From: Heteronotia binoei
Taxonomy: Eukaryota
Assembly: GCF_032191835.1 (NCBI RefSeq)
Contig: NC_083243.1
Span: 101,742,001-101,806,000, forward strand
Direction of reading: 5' to 3'
Length of the DNA stretch: 64,000 nt
Below the pieces are notes generated by a model, which did no database searches, had not been told where the DNA came from, and saw only the letters and a list, made by a program, of their open reading frames with translations. Shown in pieces: positions 1 to 13,770 of this stretch. The translations under genes and the position numbers were made by a program. The stretch's first letter is position 1; each line of letters begins with the position of its first letter.

Positions 1-149
1 TGATGCCCTCCAGGTCTTGCTTCCTTTCACAAATATTTCAAGCTGTTTTCAGAAGTTTATCTCTTTTCTTCGATGGCTTAATAACAAATTTCTCCGGGAG
101 TACGTTCTGGGAGCGTCTTAACCGATTTGACGCATGCGTGGTTCCCCCC

Positions 150-2270
150 ACTCTGAGCCTGATATGATGGGCCATATACTGCCTTCAGGGCTTCGTAGAA
201 CCCTCTTAAATCACCAGTGTCTGCACACAGCTGGGTTCTCTCTGCAAGCTTGGTCCACCACTCGTTCTGAATGTCTCGAAGCTTGTGCTGGAGGTTGCTA
301 CATGCAGCGCGAAAGATTGCTTTTTTCCCGGGACAGGAGGGCTGAGCAAGATGTGCTTGGTAGGCAGATCTGTTTTTTGCTAGTAATTCTTGGATCTCTT
401 GATTGTTCTCGTCAAACCAATCCTTGTTCTTCCTTGTGGAGAACCCGAGGACTTCTTCAGAGATCAACAGGATGGTAGTTTTTAGGTGTTCCCAGAGTGC
501 TTCTGGAGAAGGGTCTGTGGGGCAAATGGGGTCCTCAATTCTTGACTGGAGTTTTGCCTGGAAGGCAGCTTTAACTTCGGCTGACTGAAGGCTGCCAACA
601 TGAAGCTTCCTCCGAGGGATACCACCTCTCCTGGGTGTGGGTTTAAAGTGAAGACAGAGATTGCAGCGTACAAGGCGATGATCCGTATGACATTCCGCAC
701 TGGGCATTACTCGGGTGTGTAAGACATCTCGAAGGTCTCTCTGGCGCACCAGAATGTAGTCGATAAGGTGCCAGTGCTTGGACCGTGGGTGCATCCAGGT
801 TGTCTTCAGGCTGTTTTTCTGCTGAAAGATAGTGTTGGTGATGGTGAGCTGGTGCTCCGTGCAGAATTCTAGCAGGAGGCGCCCGTTATCATTGCAGTTG
901 CCAATGCCGTGTTTGCCAAGTACTCCTTTCCAGGCTTCCGAGTCTTTACCTACTCTGGCATTGAAGTCGCCAAGGATGATCACTTTGTCCTCTGTAGGGG
1001 TCTTCCATATGAGGTTGCGTAGATCAGCATAGAACTTGTTCTTTTCTGCAGGATCTGCTTGAAGGGTTGGAGCATACACAATGAAGAGTGTTGCATGCTG
1101 CTTGTTTTGAAGTGGGAGGCGCATAGACATGATGCGATCTGAGTGACCTGTTGGCAGGTTTTCGAGTTTGGAGGCAATGGAGTTCCTGACCATGAAGCCA
1201 ACGCCAGAAAGGCGGCTCTCAGCCTTTGACTTACCCGACCAGTAGAGGGTATAGCCAGCACCGTGTTCTTGAAGACTACCTTCCTCAGGGAAACGGACCT
1301 CACTGAGAGCTGCTATGTCCATATTCAACCTGAGAAGTTCATGGGCAACTAGAGCAGAGCGTCGTTCAGGGCGACCACTGTCTACTGTGTCAAGCATGGT
1401 TCTGATGTTCCAACACGCAAGCTTTAGTCTTTGCACACTTTGTGAGGCAGGTGCATGCCTTTTCTTTGTTGTTATTTTTTGACCGCAAGTAAGGATGCCC
1501 GTTGACCGCGGCTAGCCAATTTGGGGGGGGGGGGAGATGAGCTTTGTTTAGGCCACCTTTTCTAGGCCCCTCTCCGTGTGGAGCAAGCAGTGCTGTCCCT
1601 AGATAAGGCTGCTTGGTCGTTCAGGGTGCTGCCGAAAAATGCTTTCGTCTCCGGGTCAGCATCAGGCGACCAATACCCTGAACCTCCTGCATGCAGGATC
1701 GGGACTGCGGCTTCCAGTGGCATCTTCCACCTGCCGTTTCGCCCCTTGCCCATCGCTGCAGGACTTGGTGTGTTGTGGGTTGTGGATGTGGATATGCCCT
1801 TCAGGCCTGCGCAGAGGAATTTTTAGGTGAAGCGCAGTGTGCACAGTACTGGCTCCACCCTTTCACCTTGGGGTCATCTGCCATGGCCCAGTAAGCCGGG
1901 ACGCCAGCAGCAAGTCCTCCAGGTGGTAGGTGTTACATTAACGAGCTCTATCTGCCCGGGTTTGATGTTAGAGTTTTCCTTCTCTTGGCTGGCGAGGTTG
2001 GTGAGCCCAGCCTGCCCATCCGGTTATACCGCCAGACATTCGGTCGCACCATGACGTGGCAAACTCTGTGAGAAACGGGGGGGACCAGCGGGAAGGCGTT
2101 GCCACGGATGCAGTAATGCAGGAGAGGCCATTGCAGTGACCATCTGCCAGGCATAGCCGGACAGTGACCACGCGGCGTTCACTACACCGGGAAAGGAGAG
2201 GCTATGTATTGCGCATACACTTTCCCAGGGGGGGGCAGGTTACCCAAGAGGGAGCCCACCCCTCCCCCCT
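150..2270 (-). mobile_element. RTE-clade LINE, 5' part (5' UTR plus APE endonuclease ORF), broken at about 150
   Basis: ORF 1436 downward begins MQRLKLACWNIRT and carries DIAALSE, GDFNARVG, HLIDY and TDHRLV endonuclease motifs. RTE homology stops after YQAQS. Confidence 0.92.
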
Positions 2271-2274
2271 CCAA

Positions 2275-5200
2275 TTATGAAATTATTGTGAGGTGAATTA
2301 TCTCCAGCTTAATAGATTAATCATTCATATTTGGACAATTTTTCTGCTGTACTTTATTGGAAGGAGAAAAATAATCATTACCTTAATAATAATTTAAATT
2401 GTTTTATTCAACTAAAACAATAACATTATATCATATGTTTGCTTAAACATCCATGTTTGTTAACTGATGTCGTTAAACAAAATATATATATTTTAAAAAA
2501 CTTAAACTGTTAGCCCAGCCTACACATGAAAAACTTAAATACTGTCCTCTTTAGCTCACTCGTCATCTTCATCTTCTTTGTTCATAATCTGGAAAAGAAA
2601 AACAAGCTTTCCTGCTTTGTCAGGTTCCAAATGATTTCTCAATTTAGAATGAATGAATCCAGAGGAAGAGAATATTCTTTCTACACCTGCAGAAGAAGCT
2701 ACTGCTGTTAAAAGTGAAATCATTATTTTAATAGTCTCTAAATTCAAGTGCTTGACTTCCACCAGTTCACTGGTGTGACTTTCTTTAAAACATCTTCAGC
2801 AAACATATATTTCTTGAATGGTTCTCCCTTAGCTCTGAAGTTTATTAAAGTTGGCATTATAGACGTATGATTGCTGGATACCCATGTCATAGCTAACTCC
2901 TCTTCCTCAGCACTTAAGTTTTGACCCTGGTACCCAGGGGTTGTTTTGTAGAAAAATAGGTGGTGGAGCTCATCCAGGGATTGTTATGCAGCTGCACATA
3001 CTATTCAATGGACAAGGAGGTGGAACTCTCAGAAGGATGAGGAGAAACTCTCAGAAAGGTTCAGGAGCTGTGCTCCTGTGAGCTCCCACTGAATCTGAGG
3101 CCTGCTGGCACTGGATATTGACAATATTTGCCAGAAAATGAGCTGAAGACAGTGCTTGTCCCATTTGTTTTTTAATGCTTGTAATTTAATTCTGTCAATG
3201 TGTAGTTCTGTTTTTAAGTGCTCACTCAGTTCCTTCCAAATCTCAAAAGCATCAGCAATAAAACAGCTATTTTTCTGTATTTTGTTTGAAGCTTTAGAAA
3301 TGGGTTTCAGGATGCTCAGCATATGTTCAACATTTCTCTTAAGCCCAATGTTGAGGATTTTGGCCATGACAGTGCCATCTCGATTTTGTTCACAAATTGT
3401 CATCAGAATAGGCCAGTTCTTGATATACTGCTCAAAACAGTCCACCACAGAGTTCCATCTAAAATCATGTGGGAGCATAGCTTGGTTCCACCCATTCTTT
3501 TCAGAGCTGCTGCAGCAAAATGATTGTTACGGAAGTATTTAGCAATATCAACAACATTAGTCTTTATTTCTGGAACACTGAAGTCTTTGGCTAGGAGGTG
3601 CAGCAAATGAGCACTGCAACCATATGTTATTAGCTTTGTATTACCTTCCTGCTTGTCTAAATTTCTTCTCATCTTGGATACATTTGCAGCATTGTCTGTG
3701 ACCAAACTGCGTACTAGAATTTGAATTTTTGTTCACATGTTATTATAGCTTTTGCTGCCACTTCTTGTAAGTATTCTGCTGTGTGTGCATTTCCTGATGT
3801 AACAATTGTTTGTGCAAGGAAAACTTTCCCTTCTTCTGTTGTTATACAAGCACATACAACTGGATCATTGTGGACATTACTCCACCCATCAAGACTTAGG
3901 TTAACAATTTTACCTCCAGAGCTGTTGCACATTGCTCCATTTCTCTATCATACGCAACACCTGCTCTGCTGAGTGGACTGAATCCTGGTCTCAGTGATTG
4001 AACCATATTAGTGAAGTGTGGGTTCTCAGTCAGACGGAAAGAAGTTTGTTGCATAAACTGGGCATTTTTTTCGTCAATTAACTCTTTTTCTAATCTGGTG
4101 GTTTTTATCAAAAACTTATCTCTGGTAGTTTCAGGAGGGAAGGTTTTTTTCTTCTTTTAGGTGATATACTGCGGGTGTCTGATGATGATGTATATGGTGC
4201 AACTGAAACACTATTCTGGATAGATAACTCTGAAACTGTAGAACAGGAGGATGGTGATCTTGAAGGTGGATGGTTTCCAGAACCCTTAGTGTTGATGATA
4301 AATTCCCCTAAACAAAAAAAACATCAATGCTGTTATTTTATTATTTATACAATTTTTGCTTATTGTATTCATTGCCATGCAGCATTGCCCAAAAAGGAAT
4401 ATTTGCTTTTCTTCATAACTATATCAAAATGACAGTAACATGCAGTAATAATAAGAAATATAATTTTGCTCAAACATGACAATTCAAGGCACCCTTTAAG
4501 AATTATGATTAAATAAAATTGTTTACCAACCTGAAGATCCTGCCTGTTCAAACATGTTTCTGTTGCCATCTTTATCATAGCACTTCTCATGATGTTGCCT
4601 CATTCGGACCACCAGGCCTTACATTTCTTCGTTGCAGTGTTTGCATTTTGCACGCATGCCTGCCTTACCAATAGGTAGAGGAACTTCATTCAAATATTCC
4701 CAAACTGGGTCTCTTTTACGGCCTGCTGCCATTATAGGTTTTCTCCTCCAGGGAAAGAATAATGTGATAAACCTCGGGTTATACACACAAAAGATCCAAA
4801 GTCTTGTGGAGTATTCTGCTCAAAAAGTTTCACATTCATTTTTATTGCTTGCTCCTCCCTCCTCACACTTAAGTTCCTTCTTGTGCAGATCTATTCCACT
4901 CCAAGCAATCTTTTTCTATTCATTGAACTTTTTGAAACTTAGCACTTAAGGGGTTGATTCTGTGTACATAGGTTTGTAGAACAATGAGATTAAGGTCTTT
5001 TTCTCAACTCTGTTCATTTTATAACATTTTTGCTGTGTAGAAGAGGCATGTGATCTCTGCAGACACAAATTAACACTTGAGAACTGCAATACCAAGCATC
5101 TGTGTACTGTGATAATATCTTGTAGACAGATTACTGCCCAGTAATCGTACAGAAACTTCTGGAATAGCATGACATTGTGAATGGATTATTAGAATTTATT

Positions 5201-5393
5201 ACCAAAAAATTTAAACATTGCATGTGCTTCAGAATTAAAAACTAATCCTTATTTCATGATGGAATAACCATTGGATGATAATATATTTTCCTCAAAAAGC
5301 ATTTTATTTAAAAATTTTTAAAAATCTGATTTAAATGTTAAAAATACGATTTTTTTTAAAAATCATTGGTTTTTATCCACCCTGTTTAGGAAC
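2275..5393 (-). mobile_element. Decayed autonomous hAT DNA transposon (zf-BED, DUF659-like catalytic core, hAT dimerisation domain)
   Basis: TIR-like end TTTTATCCACCCTG at about 5380-5393. Fragments MAAGRKRDPVWEY...CKHC (BED), LSLDGWSN, VTDNAANV and SSAGVERIFS, with many stops and frameshifts. The other end is cut off by the RTE. Confidence 0.88.
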
Positions 5394-5599
5394 TTTCTGG
5401 GTCAAGCTGAACTTGTACAAAAGAGATGAGTTTCTCTTGAACCAAAAAGGAACTAGTCCACTGGCAATTAATTTCAGAAAGGTGACAGAGCAGCTTTTAA
5501 ACTTATCTGGGGGGGGGGGAGGGAGGAGATGACTGTAGCTGGGGAGCCTCTGGTTCAGGACAAGACAATCCAAAGGGGTGGTTTTGTAAACACTCAGGG

Positions 5600-6430
5600 T
5601 AGTATTGATAGGAGAACTTGGGAGTGAGGGCATGATGGCGACTGAGGGCCATGTGCAGTCACTAAGGGGCCAAGAGAGGCGAGGGTTACTATAGAGGAAA
5701 ACATATTATAGGTGTCTATATGCCAGTGCTAGAAGTCTCCAAGTCAAGATAGGGGAGCTGGAATGCTTGGTGTTCAATGACAATTTACCTATAGTAGGTA
5801 TCTCAGAAACGTGATGGAGTGGGGAAAATCTATGGGATACAATCATTCCCGGGTATAAGCCCTATAGGCAGAACAGGAGAGGTGGTGTTGCATTGTACAT
5901 CAAAAAGGGCATAGAATCAAATTAGTTAGAAAACATCAAGAGAATTAACTTCCCAACAAAAGTAATATGGGTGGAAACAGTGGGGGTGTACTATTACCCA
6001 CCTGATCAAACCCTTGAGGCTGATCTTGAAATGGAGAAGGAAATAAGGGAAATGACTAAAACAGATAATATTATACTGGGAGACTTCAACTACCTTCACA
6101 TTGACTGAGTAAACATGTGCAGAACTCATGCTGTAGAAATGAGATTCCTAGACGTTATAAATGACTGTGCACTGGAACAGTTGTTCACAAAGCCAGCCAG
6201 AGGAGCAGTGATCTTAGACTTGGTTCTGAGTGCATCTCAAGACCTGGTTAGAGATATAGAGGTTGTTACACCAGTTGGGAACAGTGACCACAATGTAAGT
6301 TCAGCATTCAGATCAATGGAAAGTAACCCCTAATGTCCAAATCAGTAACATTTAATTTCAAGAGTGGGAACTTTACAAAACTAAGGGGGATAGTAAAAAA
6401 AGGAAGTTGAAGGGAAACACAGGAGAATCA
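5600..6430 (+). mobile_element. CR1 LINE fragment (endonuclease region), decayed
   Basis: Degenerate CLYA-ARSL, GISE, GDFN and GNSDHN motifs; similar to the CR1 at about 26100-26700. Confidence 0.8.
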
Positions 6431-6619
6431 AATCCCTTAATCATGTTATTATAACAAGGCTCCGTCCCTTCAAATTTTGCTGATTTTGCTACTTATTCTC
6501 TCAACCTATTGGTTACAATATATTGAGGGATACTTTTTGTTTTCATTATGAAAGCTTCAACCTGCACTACTACTTACCATTGTGTTATGAAATATGTTAG
6601 AGGCTGTACCATTACATAA

Positions 6620-7392
6620 TTCATACCAAGTGGATCGACAAGGAGATCGACAACAGGCTGGCAAAGGCAAACCGTGCCTTTGGCCGACTGCACAAAAGAG
6701 TGTGGAGCAACAAGCATCTGAAAAAAGGCACAAAGATCAATGTTTACAAAGCGGTTGTGATGACAACCCTCATCTACGGCTCCGAATCGTGGGTTTTATA
6801 CCGTCATCACCCGCGACTCCTTGAGCGCTTTCATCCGCGCTGCCTTCGCACCATCCTCAACATCCACTGGAGTGACTTTGTGACCAACACTGAAGTTCTC
6901 AAGCGGGCGGAGGTTACCAGCATCGAGGCACTGCTGTTGAAGACGCAGCTGCGCTGGGCAGGGCATATTTCTAGGATGGAAAACCACCGCCTTCCCAAGA
7001 TTGCCCTGTATGGCGAACTCTCCACCGGCCATCGAAATAGAGGGGCACCAAAGAAGAGGTACAAGGACTCCTTGAAGAAATCCCTTGGCACCTGTCGCAT
7101 CAACCATCACCAGTGGTCTGACCTAGCCTCAGATCGCAAAGCATGGAGGCACACCATCCACCAGGCTGTCTCTTCTTTTGAGAACGCACGCATAGCTGGT
7201 CTTGAGGACAAAAGGAGATTGAGGAAGAATCGCACTGCTACAGCACCAACGCTAGATCAGACTTTTCCCTGCAGCCACTGTGGCCGGACCTGCCTGTCCC
7301 ACATTGGTCTTGTCAGCCACCAGCGAGCCTGCAGCAGACGTGGACTATTGCACCCTTCTTAAATCTTCGTTCGCGAAGCCAAACCGAGAGGG
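6620..7392 (+). mobile_element. RTE-clade LINE, 5'-truncated 3' end
   Basis: 220-aa ORF with QLRWAGH, RLPKIALYGEL and a C-terminal C2HC-like knuckle (CSHCGRTC...HQRAC), followed by a short 3' tail. Confidence 0.9.
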
Positions 7393-7704
7393 TTATTGTA
7401 AGTATTTTGATCATGCTTTATGGTGGTTCTGTTTTTTCATTTTCCATTTGGTTTTGGAAAAGTTTTCTATTTGGGCTTCTTTGTATTGTATTTTATGTAG
7501 GTGCTGCATCTTTGATTCCTCTCTTGGACATATTTATCATCTCTTGATAAAGGAAATCGTCAAAGGTGCATATTGAATGCTGTAAACTTAACAGAACTTA
7601 ATACAGGAGATGCAATAGTGTTTATAATCAGTTCACTGTGGAATTTATACACAATTTCTTGGAAGGTTCCTGTGAAGCAAGTGGGATATGAACATATGAT
7701 GCTG

Positions 7705-7830
7705 CCTTATACTGAATCAGACCCTTGGTCCATCAAAGTCAGTATTGTCCACTCAGTCTGGCAGTGGCTCTCCAGGGTCTCAAGCTGAGGTTTTTCATGC
7801 CTATTTGCCTGGACCCTTTTTTTTTTTTGC
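7705..7830 (-). mobile_element. Fragment of a tRNA-derived squamate SINE (CR1-like tail portion)
   Basis: ATACTGAATCAGACCCTTGGTCCATCAAAGTCAG...TTTGCCTGGACCC recognised from memory; subfamily not verified. Confidence 0.55.
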
Positions 7831-8261
7831 CTGGATGAGCTACAAAAGAGGGGAAGGAGCGGTCAGTCAGAGGAAGAGGATGGATGGCAGGGGGGAGGCA
7901 GATCCCTTGTATATTGTGTGACATCTTCAATGTTGGTTCTGTTTCTAGTGGACTTTTGACTGGGCTGGGCGAGCTACGAAAGAGGGGAAGGGGTGGTCAG
8001 TCAGAGGAAGAGGACGGATGACAGGGAGGAGGTGGACCAGGTGAGCTACAAGGAGGGGAAGAAGCGGGTGAGCGGAGGAAGACTATGGACAGCAGGGTGG
8101 AGGCAGGGCAGGCAAGCTATGGAGGAGGGGAAGGGGTGGGAGGACAGAGGAAGAGGCAAAGTAGGGGTTTGTCTAGGGCATGGAGAGGGCCAGTTTGGTG
8201 CCCCCACCCTGCTGGCACCCTAGGCAAATGCCTAGTTTGCCTAGTGGACAAGCCAGCCCTG
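7830..8261. mobile_element. Non-autonomous hAT-type element, one end visible
   Basis: Ends ...GCCTAGTGGACAAGCCAGCCCTG, like the end of the MITE at 53629-53787; purine-rich interior. Confidence 0.5.
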
Positions 8262-9715
8262 TGGAGCAGGAAACCAGCCCGTGAAGCAGTGGGACTTTTG
8301 GATGTCAAAGGAATAAAGAGATTGCTAAAGGAAGAGAGGGAGATGGCAGAGAAACTCAATAACTTTTTGGCTTCTGTGTTTACTGTGTAAAATGTGGGGC
8401 ATTATGAATGCCACAACCCCTGTTTTCAGGACAGGAGTCTGAAGAAGTGAGCCAAATCAAGGTGGCCAGAGATTAAGTTCTACACTGCTGGGAAAATTAA
8501 AAACCAATAAGCCTCCAAGTTCTGATGGCATACACTTGAGAGTTCTTAAGGAAATCAGATGTGAGATAGTTGATCTACTAACCCATATATGTAATCTATC
8601 ACTAAATTCAGCCACTGTACCACAAGACTGGAGAATAGCAAATGTTACACCAATTTTTAAAAGGAGGTCCAGAGAGGAACCAGGACATTGCAGGCCAGTC
8701 AACCTAACATCTGTCCCAGGCAAATTAGTAGAAACTGTAATCAATTATAGAACTCTTAGGTACACAGAGGGACAAAGCCTTCTGAGGGACAATAAGCATG
8801 GCTTCTGTAAAGGGAAGTCCCGTCTCACCAACCTTTTGGAGCTCTTTAAGAAAGGGAACAAGCATGTAGACAACAGTCACCTGGTAGACATTATATATCT
8901 GGAATTTCAAAAGGCTTTTGACAGTGTACCTCATGAAAGATCTGAACACACTGGAAAAGTGGGTTGATGTGAACAAAAGGCAATTCAACAAGGATAAGTG
9001 CAAAGTTTGGCATTTGGATAACAAAGATGAGAAGCAATGCTTCTGGGTAGGTGTGTGTGTGAACAGAATCTTGGGGTATGGGTGGTCTGTAAGCTAACAG
9101 TCTGTGTGATGCAGCAGTCAAAAAAGCTAATGTGATGTATCAACAGAGGCATAACATCCAAATTGCAAGATGTCATAGTCCTGTTGTGCACCACATTGGT
9201 CAGGTTCACTGGGTATACTGTGTACAGTTCTGAAGGCCTCACTTCAAAGGTGATGTGGACAGAATAGAGTGGGTATAGAGAAGAGCGATGACGATGATTA
9301 GGGGCCTGGAGACCAAGTCGTACAAGGAAAGGCTGAAGGACTTGGGAATGTTCAGTCTGCAAAAGAGGAGGTTCAGAGAAATATGGTTGTTCTCTTTTAA
9401 GTATTTGAAAGGCTGTCACTTAGAGGACAGGCAGCGGTTCCTGTTGGCAGTAGAGGATAAGACTCACAATAATGGGATTAAATTATGACCAGAAAGGTAC
9501 TGGTTGGATATTAGGAAACCATTTTTCATAGTGAGAGTAGTTCAGTAGTGGAATCAGTTGCCTAGGGAGGTGGTGAGCTCCCTCTCACTGATACTCTTCA
9601 AGCAACAGCAGGATGCACACATCAGGGATGGTTTAGGTTGATCCTGCACTGAGCAGGGGGTTGGACTAGATGGCCCGTACAGTCCCTTCCAACTTTATGA
9701 TACTATGAATCTGAA
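8262..9715 (+). mobile_element. CR1 LINE, RT region and 3' end, decayed
   Basis: REMAEKLN, RPVNLTSVPGK and DIIYLEFQKAFDSVPH motifs; CR1 3' UTR with a TATGA-type tail. Confidence 0.88.
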
Positions 9716-10534
9716 TATAACCAAAAAATCTCGTACTTTTGGGGTCACAGTACTTAAATGCCAGAGTATTGCTAGATGTTCATTTTGTGCCATGCAAAAT
9801 CACTTTAGGCATCTCATCATTGCCTGTTATATTATTTCATGTTCTAATCAATACTAGATGAGTTGAATTAATCTCACTTGATTCTTTCATCAGAAGTATT
9901 TATTTATATTTAAGGGCTGGCCCAACTAATAGCTAGAAATGTAAAATTACCAGATTCTACCTTGCCAAGATTTTCTTGTCACTGAGAAAGCAAATTAATA
10001 ACTCACTGACTGATGAAAGGCAGTTGATAAAGTTTGCTGTAATGTTTGTCTTTAACTCACTATGTATTCTCTGCAGTTGGGTTCCGAGGGAGCAAGGTCA
10101 TAGGGAGGACTTGCCCAAAATAGCTAAGTTCTCATGCAGGTACTTGTGCACATTGTGAATGTGGTAGAGAACAGGCGGGAATACATAGAGCATCTAAAAA
10201 TAGCATTTGATTCCAGTGTTTGTATAAATATGTGTTTTACGTTTGGTTTTGCTTGTGTCCTTTGCTATGAATAAATGTTCTTAAGTATCAGAGGTAACAA
10301 AGCAAACTCCCTTGAACAAGGAAGTGCTGAAAAATCTGGGTATAATACCAGTGTGTTTTCTCCCTCCTATATCTTCTGTTTTTGACTCATGCTTGAAGGA
10401 CCAAGATTCCAGCAGTCTTTTGACCCACCAAGAAAAATGCATCTGTTCTCCCAATAATGCCTGCATAAAATGGCAAAAAAAACCCACATGGGGATGTCAA
10501 GCCCTTAGCTGTCCCCTGTATGTGTTTGGTGAAC

Positions 10535-11935
10535 ATAAGAGAAGCCATGTTGGATCAGGCCAATGACCGATCCTGTCCAACACTCTGTCACATGTGCCAA
10601 AAAAAACATAGGTGTCATCAGGAGGTCTATCAGTGTGGCCAGGACACTAGAAGACTGTTGCCCCCCCCCCCCAAAGCAAGAATACAGAGCATCATTGCCG
10701 CAGACAGAGAGCTCCATCAATACTCTGTGGCTAATAGCCACTGATGGACCTCTGCTCCATATGTTTTTCCAATCCTCTCTTGAAGCTGTCTATGCTTGCA
10801 GCTGCCACCACCTGGCAGTGAATTCCATGTGTTAAACACCCTTTGGGTAAAAAAGTATTTCCTTTTATCAGTTCTAGCCCAACTGCTCAGCAATTTAATT
10901 GAGTGTCCATAAGTTCTTGTATTGTGAGAAAGGGAGAAAAGGACTTTCTCTACCTTCTCTAGTTCATGCATAATCTTGTAAACCTCTATCATGTCACCCC
11001 TCAGTCAACGTTTCTCTAAGCTAAAGAGCCCCAAATGTTTTAACCTTTCTTCATAGGGAAAGTGTTCCAACACTTTAATCATTCTAGTTGCCCTTTTCTA
11101 CACTTTTTCCAATTTTATAATATCTTTTTTGAGGTGTGGTGACCAGAATTGTACATAGTACTTCAAATGAGGCTGCACTATTGATTATACAGGGGCATTA
11201 TGATACTGGCTGATTTGTTTTCAATTCCCTTCCTAATAATTTCCAGCATAGCGTTGGCCTTTTTTATTGCAGTCGCACACTGTCTCAACGTTTTCAGTGA
11301 GTTATCTACCATGACCCCAAGGTCTCTCTATTGGTCAGTCTCTGCCAGTTCCCACCCCATCAATTTGTATTTATAGTTAGGATTTTTGGCCCCAATGTGC
11401 ATTATTTTGCACTTGGCCACGTTGAACCTCATTTGCCACGTTGAAGCCCACTCGCCCATATCCCTTTGGAGTTCCTCACAATCCTCTCTGGTTCTTACCA
11501 CCATGAACAATTTAGTATCATCCACAAACTTAGCCACTTCACAGCTTACTCCCAACTCCAAATCATTAATGAACAAGTTAAAAAGCACTGGATCCAGTAC
11601 TGAACCCTGCGGCACCGAACTGCTTACCACCTTCCACTGTGAAAATTGCCCATTTATACTCACTCTCTGTTTTCTATTAATTAGCCAGTTTTTGATCCAC
11701 AATAGGACTTGTCCTTTTAGCCCATGTCTCTTGAGCTTACTTAGGAGCCTTTGATGAGGAATTTTATCAAAAGCTTTCTGGAAATCAAGGTAAACAACAT
11801 CTGTTGGGTCTCCTTTGTCCACATGTTTGTTCACCCCCTCAAAGAACTCTGACAGGTTAGTGAGACAAGATCTTCCTTTACAGAACCCATGCAGAGTCTT
11901 CCTTAATAAATTTTGTTCATCAATGTGCCTACTGC
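10535..11935 (-). mobile_element. CR1 LINE, 5'-truncated (RT plus 3' end)
   Basis: YLDFQKAFD, VPQGSVL and FVDDTKL motifs; 3' end AACATAAGAGAAGCCATGTTGGATC shared with the other CR1 copies. Confidence 0.9.
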
Positions 11936-13349
11936 ATTGGTGGCCTGCATTCAGTTTGGTTATGCAAATATGCTGTTATCATTACACCCTCAATCCAAGA
12001 GAAAATTTCAGGAAGGGGCAAGGGATGCAGTTTGTCAGTTGAGTTAACATTGATCTTGGCCGGAGAGACAGCTTTGGCCATGATCAGAGTCTATACCTTC
12101 AATCAGGCAAGGGTGAGAGAACAGGCAAGGGTGCAGCAAGGTCTCCTAATTTTAGGAGTGGATGTTTTAGGGGCACAGGGAACTGCGATAGGAAAGGGGA
12201 GTTTGCCTCAATCTATTCTGCTATCTCCTTTCAGTGTGAAGTTATATTGACCTATGATGGGATGTCCCCATTTAACAACTGGAGTCATTATTCACTCCCA
12301 CAATTTGTCATTCACTTTATCCCATAGCATGCATCATGGCTTTCATCATTATTTCTTGTCATACCATAATTTCTCTCAGTAGTCCCTGAAATTGATTTTT
12401 TCTTTGCTCTACATCTGTGATGATGAAAGTTAATAATTATAGGGTTGTCAAGTATAGAATATCATCATGGTTTGATTATCAATTGACTTGATTCCTTCAA
12501 GTCAACCCTACTGTGTTTTACAAATACAGCTACTTTCAAAAGCTAACACAGCCGCAGAAAAGAGAGCAATAAATGCCTTTTTTAGGAAGATGAGAAGTGA
12601 ATGACAAGGGGAAACCAAGTTGACCTAAGCCAACTGCCCGAGGATATTAAAAGTTGATAAATACAACCAGTTTTGAGACTCCTGTTACAAATCACAAGGT
12701 TATGGAATCCTGAAGAATACCTTTACAAAAAATATTGTCCGAATGTGTTAATTTGCAATTACTACATGCAGCCATTTTACAAAAACACTTGGAAAATTAA
12801 CTTCATTTTCTCCTTTGAACACTTATGTGCATCTGTCCTAACTGAAGTTGTTTTCATGTCCATTAATATGGTTTCATGATACACAAACCATGTTAAGTCC
12901 GCATGTTAAATGGCATTTCTCAGTTTAAAAATTGTCTGAGATAGGATGGATTCCCTTCAGTTCCATCAGTGAGTTCTAAAGAGGTAGCTAGTTATTTCAG
13001 AAACAGGATGCTGAGATAACATGAAACAACTTGATTGGCTATGACTACTTTTTGTCATCTTCAGAGCTGTTGAATACTTCAGAATAGCATTACAAAAATA
13101 CAGAATTTAGAACTGTTAGATTTGAACCACTGAGATTTTATCATGTTAAAGTTAGGTTTCCAGGCTACTATACAAATTAGCCCTAGTTAAGAAATTAGGA
13201 ATGAACTTCAGATTTGCTTGCTCACTCCCCTGTTGTTCATAAATTCTTCTATCTTCATCCATGGTTAGATATCTCTCCTCCAACAATGATAATAAAGTTA
13301 TACCTTTAATACTGAAAATGTAACACCTTTGTAAGAGGTATTGACAGGA

Positions 13350-13770
13350 GTCAGTTAATAGAAAAAGAGGTGGTGGAGCTCATTAGCACAACTCATTTGC
13401 ATATGCCACACACTCCTGACATCACCAGGTGTACTAAATTACATCAGCTCAGCATCTACCTTAAAATGCTTCTTGAATTATAATTGTCATAATAAAACCT
13501 TACTCCCATCAGACTTTTTAAATTATTTTCTCCTATGTGGCAACAGGGGTATGATGAAGATTTCCCATCTGTCTGCTTTATATATTTTGGTTATTTCCCC
13601 ATTTTTTGTGGAGGGAAATATTAGAGTTCAGCAGAATTCTCACAGGGAGTTTGAACAATGGGGCCTAGAAACAAGATTTTTTTTGGGGGGGGGGGGGGTG
13701 AAAAAAAGGGCACAATAAAATTTATAGGTTCCAGAGCTCCGCTTCTGTGAGCTCCTGCCCAAAACGAGGC
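13350..13770. mobile_element. Probable non-autonomous DNA transposon (MITE)
   Basis: Shares ACTCATTTGCATAT-GCCACAC with the MITE at 48156; GAGCTC-containing subterminal repeats; TIRs degenerate. Confidence 0.45.

Noticed and set aside
150-7392. The RTE 5' half (minus) and RTE 3' end (plus) as one element split by an inversion or twin priming
   Set aside because: No matching TSD, the missing hAT terminus does not reappear after 7392, and the intervening DNA looks older than either RTE piece. Two independent copies is simpler.
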